Positions 17,985-30,900 of a stretch of DNA of 64,000 bases are shown here, piece by piece. The DNA is from Azolla caroliniana. Lineage: Eukaryota; Plantae; Polypodiophyta. Each line of letters opens with the position of its first letter. Position 1 is the stretch's first letter. Position numbers and translations under genes: made by a program. A model generated the notes under the pieces. It ran no database searches. It was given only the letters and a program-made list of their open reading frames with translations, and had not been told where the DNA came from. Location of the stretch: positions 4,216,001-4,280,000 of the forward strand of contig JBHGNT010000002.1 of assembly GCA_043228905.1 (NCBI GenBank), given 5' to 3'.

Positions 17985-18392
17985 GTCACCCTCTTTGAGA
18001 ATGACAAACGGACCAAGTACAAGCTGGAGGTTCCCCGTGTGGAGTGTCCACCCTCCTGAGGAGAATCTAGCATGAGTTGTGTGACCGAGATCAACGGCAT
18101 AGTAAGCTCAAGTACATGTTGAACATTGTGTAGTACAAGGGTAGAGCCACCCGAAAGGTTGAGTTCTACCATGCCGATGCCAATTATAGCACAGTGATGT
18201 GAATTGCCAACTCGGACTGAGTCAGAGTGTCAAGCTGAGTATTGCCGAAATTGCGATCTATGAGAAGTCACATGATACGACGCTCTTGAATAAAGAAGCC
18301 AAGGCTTTAACTCTTCAATCATAAGTAGAATTTCCAATTCGACTAATTTCTCAATAAATAATATGTTTGGGTCATCTATCAAAACTTCAATT

Positions 18393-19600
18393 GATGAACC
18401 GACAAAGTTCACTTCCTCTTGTCGGTCACCCTTTCGATCTGCTCACCAAGGTTTGTCGTTCTTCGCCTAAAGGGCGCAACATTCGACCTTTATGTGTCCA
18501 AGTTTGTCCAAGTTTCTTACAGTAATTGCATGTCCGATTGTCCATGGACTTGCTCCGACTTCGAGCATCTATCAGTTGCCGGGAAGAACTTTTTACCCGA
18601 TTGTTCGGTGTCTTTTTGCTTAATCATGAACAAATGTTCTTCTCCGAGCGTCTTCAAGCAAATTTGAGCTCTTGGCTTCGGCATAACTCATGGTTGTTCC
18701 TAATGCATTGCACACATTGGTGACAAACATTTCCCAAGAAAGAGGTAGGTTGCTCATCAATACAAGTGTCACAACATAGTGACATCAAATGCATAACTTC
18801 AGCTGATGAACCGACAAAGTTCACTTCCTTTTGTCGGTCGCCCTTTTGATCTGCTCACCGAGCTTTGTCGTTCTTCGCCTTAAGGGCACACCATTTGCCC
18901 TTTATGTGTCCAGGTTTCTTATAGTAATTGCATGTATGATTGTCCTTGGACTTGCTCCGACTTCGAGCATCTATCGGTTTCCAGGAAGAACTTCTTACTC
19001 GATTGTTCAGTGTCTTTTGCTTAATCATGAACAAATGATCTTCTCTGAGTGTCTTCAAGCAAATTTGGGCTCTTGGCTTTGGCGTAACTCATGGTTGTTC
19101 CTAACGCATTGCACACAATGGTGACAAACGTTTCCCAAGAAAGAGGTAGGTTGCTCATCAATACAAGTGTCACAACATAGTGAACATCAAATACATAACT
19201 TCAGCTGATGAGCCGACAAAGTTCACTTCCTCTTGTTGGTCACCCTTTCGATCTGCTCGCTGAGCTTTGTCGTTCTTCACCTTAAGGGCGCAATATTCGG
19301 CGTTTATGTGTCCAGGTTTCTTATAGTAATTGCATGTCTGATTGTCCTTGAACTTGCTCCAACTTCGAGCATCTATCAATTGCCGGGAAGAACTTCTTAC
19401 CCGATTGTTCGGTGTCTTTTGCTTAATCATGAACAAATTATCTTCTCCGAGCGTCTTCAAGCAAATTTGAGCTCTTGGGTTCGGCGTAACTCATGGTTGT
19501 TCCTAACGCATTGCACACAGTGGTGACAAATGTTTCCCAAAAAAGAGGTAGGTTGCTCATCAATACAAGTGTCACAACATAGTGACATCAAATACATAGT
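18393..19600 (-). repeat. Three tandem ~405-bp copies of the Copia gag zinc-knuckle region
   Basis: Units start near 18393, 18805 and 19207; CNYYKKPGHI-like knuckle in each. Confidence 0.85.
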
Positions 19601-20980
19601 TAGTGAGGATTGAACCTGCAGCCTCACATCTACAAGACCTCATGCCTAACCATTTCAATATGAACATGTATTTATATACAATAGTTTAGTATTGTTATTC
19701 TAGCATATAATACATTCCGGAATATTCTAAAAATATTCTATGGTGTATTCTAGATGGGTATATTCTAGCGATATTTGTCGGGTATATTCTAGAGATAGTT
19801 CTCAGGTACTCAACAAATATCCCTAGAATATACCCATCTAGAATACACCATAGAATATTTCTAGAATATTCTCGAATGTACTATATGCTAGAATAACAAT
19901 ACTAAACTATTATATATAAATACATGCTCAAATCGAAACTGTTAGACATGACAGTTTGAAATCCCTTCCAACTGGAAGCATCCGCTCGTTTGTGTTTCCG
20001 ATGAGGACAACACATGGTCAGTCCCGTTCTCATTCCCGCTAAGGTCCGCATGGTCGCTCATGCATGTTTGTGTTCCAGTTCCTGGTGAGGGCTGCATGGT
20101 CGCTCATGCCCGCTCGTGTTCCAATTCCTGGTGAGGGCCTCGCATGGTCGCTCACTCCTGTTCGTGTTCCAGTTCCCGGTGAGGACCGCATGGTCGCTCA
20201 TGCCCATTCATGTTCCCGATGAGGACTACACATGATCGCTCATGTCTGTTAGTGTTCTAGTCTTTGGTGAGGACCACACATTGTCCCTCACACCCGTTGG
20301 GGTTCTAGTCTCTTGTGAGGACCGTACATGGTCGCTCACACCCGTCGGTGTTCCAATCTCCAGTGAGGACTGCACATGATCGCTCAAGTTTGTCGGTGTT
20401 CTAGTCTCCGGTGAGGACAACATATGGTTCCTCACTCCCATCGGTGCTCCAATTCCCATCCACCCCTACACCACACTTTCGAAAAGGCGGCCTAAAGGGG
20501 AGGATAATGTCAAGACACAATGACATCAAATACGTAATTAGTGAGGATTGAACCTACAACCTCACATCTATAAGAAGTCATGCCTAACCATTTCGATATG
20601 AGCATATATTTATATATAATGGTTTATTATTGTTATTCTAGCATATAATACATTCCAGAATATTCTAAAAATATTCTATGGTGTATTCTAGATGGGTATA
20701 TTCTAGAGATATTTGTCGGGTATATTCTAGAGATATTTTTCAGGTATATTCTAGGGATATTCAATCTTAGAACTTGTATAAATACTTGTAACTTCCTTGG
20801 TCCCTTTCAAGGGATTCAACACCAGCCATTGACACATCAATCTAAGTTTCGCCTCATCTTGTCTTCTTGATCTTTATCTTTGTCTTCATGCTCTTGTGTC
20901 ATTCCCAACTTCTTAAGTTCCACGCTCTTAGCCCCATCATCCATGCTCCGTCCGAGTCCACGATGGGTTTGTTCGTGACA
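19570..20980 (+). mobile_element. Rearranged small LTR element (partial LTR with foldback, minisatellite, PPT, full LTR 20508-20980)
   Basis: 19570 and 20508 begin homologous TGTCA.. sequences; PPT AAAGGGGAGGATAA precedes 20508; ends ..GTGACA. No clean TSD. Confidence 0.7.
20002..20455. repeat. ~46-bp degenerate minisatellite (~10 copies)
   Basis: Unit approximately GAGGACCGCATGGTCGCTCATGCCCGTTCGTGTTCCAGTTCCCGGT. Confidence 0.85.
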
Positions 20981-23128
20981 CAATTGGACCTTTGACGATC
21001 AAATAGTCCTGCATTTGTTCCTTCCAGAAGTTGAAGTTCGAGCCGTCAAACTTCTTCAAACTCATCTTTGATGAGCCGGATGTTGAAGCCATCTTAATCT
21101 GTGTTGGTTGAAGACTCTGTCCGGAATTGGCTATGAACGATAAGTGAGTGCAGCCAACTAGCTCACCCGAACTCGTTCTAGCCGGATTGGACACGTGTCA
21201 AACTAGCTTTAGTTGTCGGCTTGTTCTGTCTAGAGTGGCTATGGCCGAATCAAATTGTTGCCTAGCCGAATTGGACACGATTTTGCCAATTAAATGGTCG
21301 AAGGCTAATTTGAGAGCCGATTTCAAATAAGGCACTAATTGTGCTAATTGCAATGCCAATCAAAGATGTTGATCTCAATGCCGATCCTGCTTGAGATGAC
21401 TACAACAAACGGAGGGACAAAATAGATTGGTCTTCTCGAATGTTTGTTTAGCCGAATTAAGCACAGATAAGGTTGATCAAGGTGTCGATCATGATGTTGA
21501 TCCTACTCTGAGTGACTACAGTGGATAAGTGGGCAGCGTCGACTAACCTATCCGAATGCCAGTCAGTCAAATGGAGCAAAATGGTGCCATATGGATCAAG
21601 ATTCCACTCCAAACTACTACAACCATGGAAGAAAGTACAGCTGGAAGTGCAAATCGACAGAGTGTTTATTCTCATTGAATGTGATCTGGTGAGTTGCCGA
21701 TCAAAAGATTTCAGTCGAACTGAAATCTGAGAATTTGTTCCAAAGTATGACCAACTTGTAATCTTAAAGGCCTACAACAAAAGTGTTGATGAAGACAAAT
21801 GACGGTCAACAGCAGATTGAAGAACCTTCGCTCTGATACCAAATATTGAAAACCGAGGTCGTCAATGCGGAAACAATAAGAGCACTATAGGGTGAAGAAA
21901 TACAAGTACTTCACAAGGATTAAGATCAAGAAACAACGAAAGGAGAGATAGAGAGACAGAGACAGAGATAGAGGTACAAAGTTGTAACTATATAATCTCA
22001 AATTACAAAGAATGGAGACAACATCATCATGAACTAGACTACAAAGCTCAACTATAAAGTAATTAGGGCAACTACCCTTTCACATTATTAAAGAATTGTC
22101 CTAAACCTAGATTTTACGAAAGGGATAATGTGAATATGGCCATTAGACACTCGTATTCGACACTCTTGAGACAAGACATCACTTCTTTATCTACTACCAA
22201 ATCTCACCCATTTAAATTGTTTTGATTATATATTTCTTCAATGTTTCCACAACTTTCTCCTTTGAATTCAAAGGGCTAGTGCAACTTTTGCATCCCTATA
22301 TCTTTTTAACATCCCATTTATAACCATGCGAAGTGTTACTCTCTTTACAATAAGGTTATTTACACTCTCTACCCCTTTCACTAAGTCTAAGGATGACTCC
22401 ATGAACTCCCGAGTCCCTAAACCTTATATTCTTTGTGTGTTCATTTAAATTTTGACGGTATAACACTCTAGAAATAATATCTCTATGATCTTCCTTGCTA
22501 AATCTCTTTATAACCTCCAATAAGTAACAAAGTATGAAGAACGACACGTTGCTTACTCCTTTCAGATATTGGTCTAATACTTTGGTCCATCAATACTAAA
22601 GACACCTCAATCTCATTTATTACCACCATTCTCAATATATATATTACTGACAATGAATACTTAAGACAATAATAGGTAATGAAGGTTATAGTAAGAAATA
22701 GTGGACTTTTTAAACCAAATGGAACCTACGAGCATAAGAAATCAATAAATAAGAATGTATCTATCATAAAGACATACATTAACCAAGAATCGAACCCACA
22801 ACTTCTTGGTCTATGTGTTGAACCCTTAACCATTGTAATAACATATATGATGTGTAATTATAATAATTATATTTTTAGTTATTACAAGATATTTAGAATA
22901 TTCTAGAACATTATTCTAGAACATCCTTGAATATTTCATTATTATATTTATTTAAAAGGAAAAAATATCTTAAATATTCTAGAACATTCTAGAATAATCC
23001 ATAAGGATCTATAAATAAATGCCCATTCATTCATCATAACTCATTCGGTTCAACACCAGTCTTTAGCCCTTAGCCTACTCTTTGTAATCTTGTTTTCTCA
23101 TAATATAATCTCATTTCCATTTCAAATA

Positions 23129-23165
<37 letters not shown>

Positions 23166-23979
23166 TGAAAACACACAATTATATTAATAAATGTGTGTAA
23201 AAAACACTACTTACAATGGGTGTGACCATGAAATATGGTCACCCACTAACTACACTACACTACATGGGTAGTGGAACATGTTGAATTGCCAATAGGCAAG
23301 ACGACCATTCCACTGAGGAAAGGATTTCCACTTGCTCCAATAAAGAAAATTGTCACATTAGTACTCCCTTCAACTTTCGTAGATATGCTTTCACTCCATG
23401 TCTACCATCGAATACAAAAGCGTTGCGCATATTCCAATTATGATGCAATCCCCAATATCTCCAAAATAGAAAAACAATCTCCATCTCTGACTTTGGGTCC
23501 ACCTATGTAAATTGTGCAAACACCCACAGTCTAGGTGTCAAATAACACCGTGATAAAACTTGCCAAATTTAAGAAATGTAACTCCAAATCTGAGAAGCAA
23601 TCGGGCATTGTATAAATCGATCAGTATTATCTTTCATTTGAACAGTGCAAAAAAAGCAATTACCCGTTGCTAATCCACGACACTTTAGAGCTAATCCCAA
23701 AGGCAATCCTCCAATCAAAACTCTCCAAATGAAGACCTTTGCTACAAGTGGCAATTTAGAATGTCAACTACGTTGTAAGATTTGCCACCACCCATGATCA
23801 GATTTGTGTAATCTCCATTCTTCTTCAGCCTTAGATGATAACCATCCAAGAGACTCAACAGAGCAACGATACAAAAGATTTGTAGTCACTTGTAACAACA
23901 ATGTTTGACCCTTTAAACACCAATCAATCCAAGGTTATTCTCTTGTTTGTAGAGGTAAGGAACCTTGCATCAATGGAAT

Positions 23980-26963
23980 TGTGTTAGCCAACCGGCAAGG
24001 GAAGTCTAGAATGGGAAACGAGGGGATAATTAATAATCGGGAGTTGATTATATATTTATATAGAATCATTATGATTTTGAGAAGCGAACAGACGGACACG
24101 GAATCGGTATGCTGATCCAGATCCGGACCGGTTCGTAGTTGGTTGTCGGTTGGCACCGGTTTGTACCTAAAGCCGGAGACCTATAAAAAGGGTCGGCTAG
24201 ATTGTAATCATTAGCGGATAATTAATAGAATGTTGTTGTTCTGTATCTTAATCATTGTTAATTACCGTTTTGTGCTAAGTGTAATTTATCCTACACGTGT
24301 ATTGTGACTAATGATATTGCCGCTTAGTGACCAATCAGGGTTCCATTAATAGTTGGTCTAACTCTATCTCACCGCAACACCCCTTTGGTGAAGTGTCTCA
24401 AAGGGACACCCTGTGTAAGGCCATTGTCCAGCCCTAGCGATAACACAGTTTTTGGCGACCACGATGGGATCATTACACGTTGTCGAGGTATTCCTCGCGG
24501 GTGCGTGGAATGAGGCGAAACCTCGGGGGTCCTGTACCAAAGAGCGAGAGAGGAATGGGAAGAACCCTCTATGTGCGAGCGTAGATCCACAGGGACACGG
24601 CCCTTCGACGCAAAGACGCAAGTGGGACAGCGACACAGGAAGACATGAATGTATGTATGTATTAACAAGACAAACAACAAGAACACGAAGACAACAAACA
24701 CGAAGCCGGCTACAACCGAACAGGCCGACGGACAGATGCTGATACCTATTCGTAAACGCACAGAAAGACAGGAACAGGTTGGAGGTGCTGCCGGAAGCAC
24801 TCGGGCTTTCCTCAGAGCAGCGCGAGCCTCCCGAAACCTGCACAGGAGAAAGCTATGGAGTCTGCGAACCAGAGAGAGAGAGAGAAGCCTTCGCGCCCAA
24901 TCCGACAGCACTTCGTCCTCGACTCTCCGCGATCCCTTTACTCTCCTCGTCTCCCTCCTTTTATAGACAAGGACGGAGCCGTTTCCCCTTTACTCCCTAC
25001 CTACCGAATCTACCTAGGATTTCCTTAAGGCGCACGTGCATGAAGAGTCGGTTTCTACGCTCCAGTACACCGATTCCACTTGTGGACGGTTTTCTTCACG
25101 ACAACGTGTAGGATAAATTACACTTAGCACAGAACGGTAATTAACAATGATTAAGATACAAAACAACAACATTCTATTAATTATCCGCTAATGATTACAA
25201 TCTAGTCGGCCCTTTTTATAGGTCTCCGGCTTTAGGTACAAACTGGTGCCGACTGGCAACCGGCTACGAACCGGTCCGGATCCGGATCGGCATACCGATT
25301 CCATGTCTGTCCATTCGCTTCTCAAAATCATAATAATTCTATATAAATATATAATCAACTCCCGGTTATTAATTATCCCCTCGTTTCCCATTCTGGACTT
25401 CCCTTGCCGGCCGACTAACACATGGCACACCCGTGGGACAGTACCTTGTACGTCGAATCCCACTATCCGGCCTTCATTCATCCTCCAAAATGTCCAGAAT
25501 ACTTTGATCTAAGGGTTCCAATGGCTCCTTGGGAAGCTGTTCTGTCGTCTGTTGTTGTTGCTCCCCATCCTACTATTCCTGTGGCTGTGACGGCTCCTCT
25601 TGCCGCTCCGGCTGTGGCTGTGGCTGTTGTTGGTTGACTTCCGTCACCTGCGGCTCCGTCAGTCTGACCGGCTCTTCCTCCTTTTCCGGCTCACTCGGCC
25701 TTGGTGTCTCCCGTCGGTCTTACCAGCTCCGTCTCCATTTCCGGCTCAACTGATCTTACCGGCTCTTCCTCCTTTTCCGGCTCAATTGATCTTGGCGTCT
25801 CCTGGTTCTGCTGTCCGGCATGCCCTAGTGCCTATCAATGACCTCCCTCTAGCGGCTCCTCTTGAGTACTATCTGGTTGGCTTTCCCCGGCTTTAATCGG
25901 CGTTTGTTCTGAAGATGGCTCCTCGTCACTAATGCTAATCGTTGTAGTTTTCTTGGCCACTTCTTGCCGTCGCCGTTCCCGTTCATACTTCTCGAAGCGG
26001 AGTTTGTTGTCCAATTGGTCATCATCCAGTTGTGCCACCAACTAGCGTATCGCCACCCTCTGCTCATCAGCCAAGGATAGGAAATCAACTGACAGTTCAT
26101 CCTTTATTGTTTCAATGCTTTCTCTATCCAGGATGTAAACTTCGTCGCCTTCTTTCTGCCGGTTTTCCGCATCTGCCCGCAGCAACTGTAGCTCAGCTGC
26201 CTACTTAGCCCAGTTCGACCACCACTGTACTGAGCTTTCTTCCACCAATTGCTTCGTTCGATTCTTCCATGCCAGTACAATGTCCCGGATCCACCCCAGT
26301 CCCATCTTCGACTTGTTTTCCGCGGCCTGTTTTTCGTCCTTCAATCCATTTTGCCTTCTTGTCTCCTACTTTCCAATCTTTTGTTCTGAGCCATTTTCTA
26401 CCTCAGATATGTGATTTTGACGATAATTCTCATGATTCCTAGTACACCGAATGATCCATGGTTTTCATATAAAGATATTTCATGTCTATGATCTTGGTAG
26501 AGTGTCACATGATTCCACGAACCACACACCATTTCATGTTCATATTCGCCTTCATCATGATCATCGTCATCTTCTCCATCTTCTTTAAGAATGATCTAGG
26601 TGGATATGGTAATGATGATTGAAATGGTGATTAGGAGGAGACACATGTGTGCTTTAACTTGTAAACTGTGGACATATTTGTCTCTACTTTAACACACATC
26701 AGAGGACAACAACATTCTATTAATTATCCGCTAATGATTACAATCTAGCCGACCCTTTTTATAGGTCTCTAGCTTTAGGTACAAACTGGTGCCAACCAGC
26801 AACCGGCTACGAACCAGTCCGGATCCGGATTGGCATACTGATTCCGTGTCCGTCCGTTCGCTTCTCAAAATCATAATAATTCTATATAAATATATAATCA
26901 GCTCCTGGTTATTAATTATCCCCTCATTTCCCATTCTGGACTTCCCTTGCCGGTCGGCTAACA
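23980..26963 (+). mobile_element. Deleted Tat-like LTR element with a palindromic LTR
   Basis: TSD GGAAT (23975-79, 26964-68) restores the LINE frame (QNIP|LMQG). 5' LTR 23980-25420; PBS TGGCACACCCGTGGGAC at 25423-25439; 3' LTR remnant 26706-26963. Confidence 0.8.
24300..25103 (-). mobile_element. Solo LTR at the centre of the palindrome
   Basis: TSD ACGTG (24295-99, 25104-08); ends TA(TG-derived)...CA; TATA and (CT)n on the minus strand. Confidence 0.8.
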
Positions 26964-27971
26964 GGAATATTTTGTAGTTGTCTCCAAATAAACCCATAAT
27001 TAGGCAGAATGCGTAATAATTGTCGTGCTTCAACAAACTCCAAAATTCTTTGAGATGGAGCCTCAACTATATCTCCCACCTCTTTGACCCCCAAAATGAA
27101 ACAAATGATTAAATTGAGAGCGTAATCTCTCCTTTCCTGGCCAACATAATAATCGAGAAGACACAAGTAACTCTTTTTGCAAAGAATTACAATGCTCTCT
27201 ACTAGATGATAATTTCCATACACATAACAAGAGTGCTTCTTGCCATGAGGTAACCAAGTGTTGAACACATGTAGAGCCCGGTGTTGTGTCGAAGCACGTC
27301 GCGTATAAGAGCTTGGCGTGTCCGGGCGGAACCGTTGGGGTTCTAAACCAAGAGAGTGGAAATAAGAAGATGAAAGAGAAGAGTGGGAAGTCGAGCCGGA
27401 AGTATCTTGATAGTCATGAGTGGTTTTTAGCCCTACCCGTGAAGACAAAAACCTTATATCGTTCCACCTACGTAACCAAATTAAGTGTGCAAACATAGAT
27501 TGGAAATCCCTCTAGAAGAGCTTTCCAACGAGCTATATAACGTCAAAAACAGACGTCGGAATTGAGAATTATAAGGAAAATACCATACAATGCTACTCCT
27601 CAAACGCAGACGAAGAAGAAATGCCAAAATAGGAAATTCACTATTTCTTCAAGAGAAAAACCCTTTACAAAATAGGACACTTTGATTGTCCCCCCCCACC
27701 CCCCCCCCTCCATGACAATAATCCTCCCCTCTTATACTAAATTGATGTCATTACATGTAGGCCACATGGCACACACCTAGAGAAGCTTGTGCATGTGTGC
27801 GATATAAAGCATGTGGGCCATGTGGCACACATGTAGAGAAACTTTGCATGTGCGTTATATGGTGCACATGAAATACATTACGTGGTTTTGACTACACAAC
27901 ATTTGTTCCATAATAATGCAAATAATCCTTAAGAAGAATAATACTAAAGAACTTTGAGTCTAGAATGTAAA

Positions 27972-30900
27972 TCAACTCCAATGAGTCGAATCAGGTGGAT
28001 CTCCAAGGAGTGTTGGGTCACCGAACCAAGTCGAGATGCGTGGTTGTAGTTGAAGCAAGTGTGGAATTGTGGTGGCACCAATCGGTCGTATCCCTTTACG
28101 ACATGCACCCCCTCCTAACCTGCACATCCTTTGGTATGTGCCAAGTGGAGAAAATTGAAGCAAAGTCTTCTTTCCTTTTATTTGAACATTTGATGCATGC
28201 CACTCATCTTCATTCAATTCCAGAATCGACATGAGAGACATCTTCTCCCCTTCAAACTTCTCGTTTACTTTCTCTTCTAGACGAGTATCATGTGATGAAA
28301 TTGTCGTTACCGCTTCTAATTGGATACTTGTAGTTGCCACGTCATGGACCACCTCTTCTTCAACATCTTCTTCCCAATTCGAATTAGCTTCCACGGATCG
28401 TTCATCCTGCAAAATGTCAGGAACAAGAGAGGCTCTTTGTTTAAAGATTTTAATTCGTTTACCAGCGATCGGAATTCGAAGAAGAGTTCCATCAAATTCT
28501 GACAAGTTATATGTTCCATTTTGCCAGACTTCTACCACTCGATACAGCCCAAACCATCGATGAGAGAATTTTCGAATAGATTTGTGTTGATGCTCAAGGC
28601 TACTATCCAACACCAAAACCCAATCTCCTTTTTCAATGGGAATATTCCGAATTCGATGTCTCTTGTCAAATAGATCCTTATTCTTCAATAGAACTTCTTG
28701 TTGTTTCCTGGCAGCTTCAGCTATATCCTCCGGCCTATTCTCTAATTGCTGAATCCGAATAGCCAACAAATCTTCACGTTCCATCTGATCTTCCCAAGGT
28801 AAAACTCACCAAGTGGGAATCATCCGCTCCGTAGGCATAATGGGCTTCTGACCAAAAAGTAGTTCCGATGGCATAAATCCCGTAACAGAGTTGAGAGTGC
28901 ATCTATCAGCCCAGAGAGCATAAGGAAGCATGTCAGGCCACATAGAAATTCGGCCATCACATGCTTTGACCAAAGCTTTCACAATTGGACCATGGCCCCT
29001 TTCCACTTTACCATTTCCCTCCGGATTATATGCTGTAGTCAAAGTCAATCGGATCCCGAATCTTTGGAAGAACATTCAAACCTTATCTGAATCAAGCTCC
29101 CCTCGATTTGTTACAATCTGCCCAACATTACCATATCTACAAATTACATCCTCTAATAAAAACTTTAGAACAGCCGATGCAAACTTGTTTTGGAGAGATC
29201 TTCCTTCCACTTGGTTGGACAAATCCTCTCGAGCAAGAACCAAGTATTTCATTTGATTTCGACCAGAGGGCATATGAACTATATCCACCATCCACTTATA
29301 ATGCAACACAGGTGAGTACGTCGGATGTAGCTCATCTCTCACCCTATAATCAGAATACATTTGACATTCAATGCATGATTCCACATACCTTTGGATATCC
29401 GCATACATTCCCTTCCACCAATACCAATCCTTAACCTTCGAAAATGTGTTGACCACTCCTTTACGTCCAGCCCAATGACTATCATGAAAATCGGAAATAA
29501 TCTTATCTTTCTGAACCTATAAACCGATAGCTCGAGTTGGAGGATCCTTAACTTTCTTTGCAAGTCTCCAAAGATATCCATCCTTCAAGAGAAACCTATA
29601 AGCCTTCTTCCTGAATATCCGAAAATCCTTTCGTGTCTAATCAGGGCTTCCTTCTTGTGCTTGTAGGAATTTCCCGATTTGCAGTAGCTCTCCTTCATAT
29701 TCCTCCTCTCTAAATTCAGCCACTTGCAAACAATTCTCATTACAAAAGAATCCATTATCAAAATCATCCTCTTCCTCCAGAGAAGACGACTCTAGAATAG
29801 TCCGTGCTCGAGACAACATATCAACCATAACATTGGTTTTCCCTGTAATGTGTTGGATCTCTAGGTTAAATGTTTTAATATATAGGTAATCCATCTTAGC
29901 ATGGATATATTTGTAGCATCCTGAAATCATTCCAAGGATCGGCAAACAATTCGTCTCTATAACCACTTCCGATCCAATCAAATAATCCTTGTCTGCTTTA
30001 ATCGCAGAAACTATGCCCCACAACTCTCTCTTTATTTGAGCATACCTTCTTTGTTGATCATGTAAAATCTTTGCTCCAAACCAAATAGCATATCGATCTC
30101 TAGTTTCATCCTCTTGATTAATCACCCATCCAATTCCAGTCAGACTTGCATCTACAGTCACAAAGATAGGTCGACCTTGCTCATATATTGGTCGTCGCAA
30201 GGCTGGTGCAAATGACAAAAGTATCTTAATCTTCTTCATGGCCAATGTATGCTCCTCCTCCCATATAAAACTTTGTCCTTTCCATAATAACTTATATAAG
30301 GGATCAATAATATCTGCAAAATGTGGAATCCAAATATGATAAAAAACACATGCACCTAAAAATCGTCTTACTTCTGATGTTGACTTGTAGATATCCTCCA
30401 TTGCATTGATGTCGTCCACCTTGGCTGGATCAAGTTTCCGACCATAGGGGCCACACAAATACCCCACAATCCGCACTTCAAATCTACCAAAACTTGATTT
30501 TTCTCCAAAAATTGTCAAATGTGCCTCCTCTAAATTCTTCAATATGTCTTCACAGTCTGCTATATGATTTGAGACGAATTTCCGACATCCATCCAACCCA
30601 ACTTTTACATCCTTCTCCTCTTCTAGACATCCTTTAATCGGAATGTCATCCAAGAAAGGCATTGTTCGATGAGGAATGTGGTCCCTGAGCACCTTATTCA
30701 TTGCGTTCATCATATAAGTGACAGAATTAGTTGCGCCTTGTGGTAAAGTACACATTCGAACCAGCCCAATAGGTGTACACATTGTAGTAATATCCCTACT
30801 ATCCAAAGCAAGCTGAAATTGATCATATCCAGAATACAAATCAGTCATGGAGTAGATAGCTCTACCTGCAAAAGATTCTGCGAAGGAATCCACGACGGGA

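Larger units (their letters stand above)
16861..22084 (-). mobile_element. Degenerate, internally deleted Ty1/Copia element (related to 51179-56747)
   Basis: LTRs ~16861-17572 and 21844-22084; tRNA-iMet PBS at 21830-21841; Gag start MASTSGSSKMSLKKFDGSNF; knuckle, protease and pre-integrase remnants. INT/RT/RH are missing. Confidence 0.85.

Noticed and set aside
20002-20455. CRISPR-like ~46-bp periodicity
   Set aside because: The whole unit is homologous between copies; it is a minisatellite.
24364-25111. Overlapping 96-180 aa ORFs
   Set aside because: They lie within a GC-rich solo LTR and have no domain motifs.
23980-26963. DIRS element or Mutator/MITE with long TIRs
   Set aside because: TG..CA ends, a 5-bp TSD and a PBS fit integrase-based LTR transposition; no tyrosine recombinase or transposase is seen.
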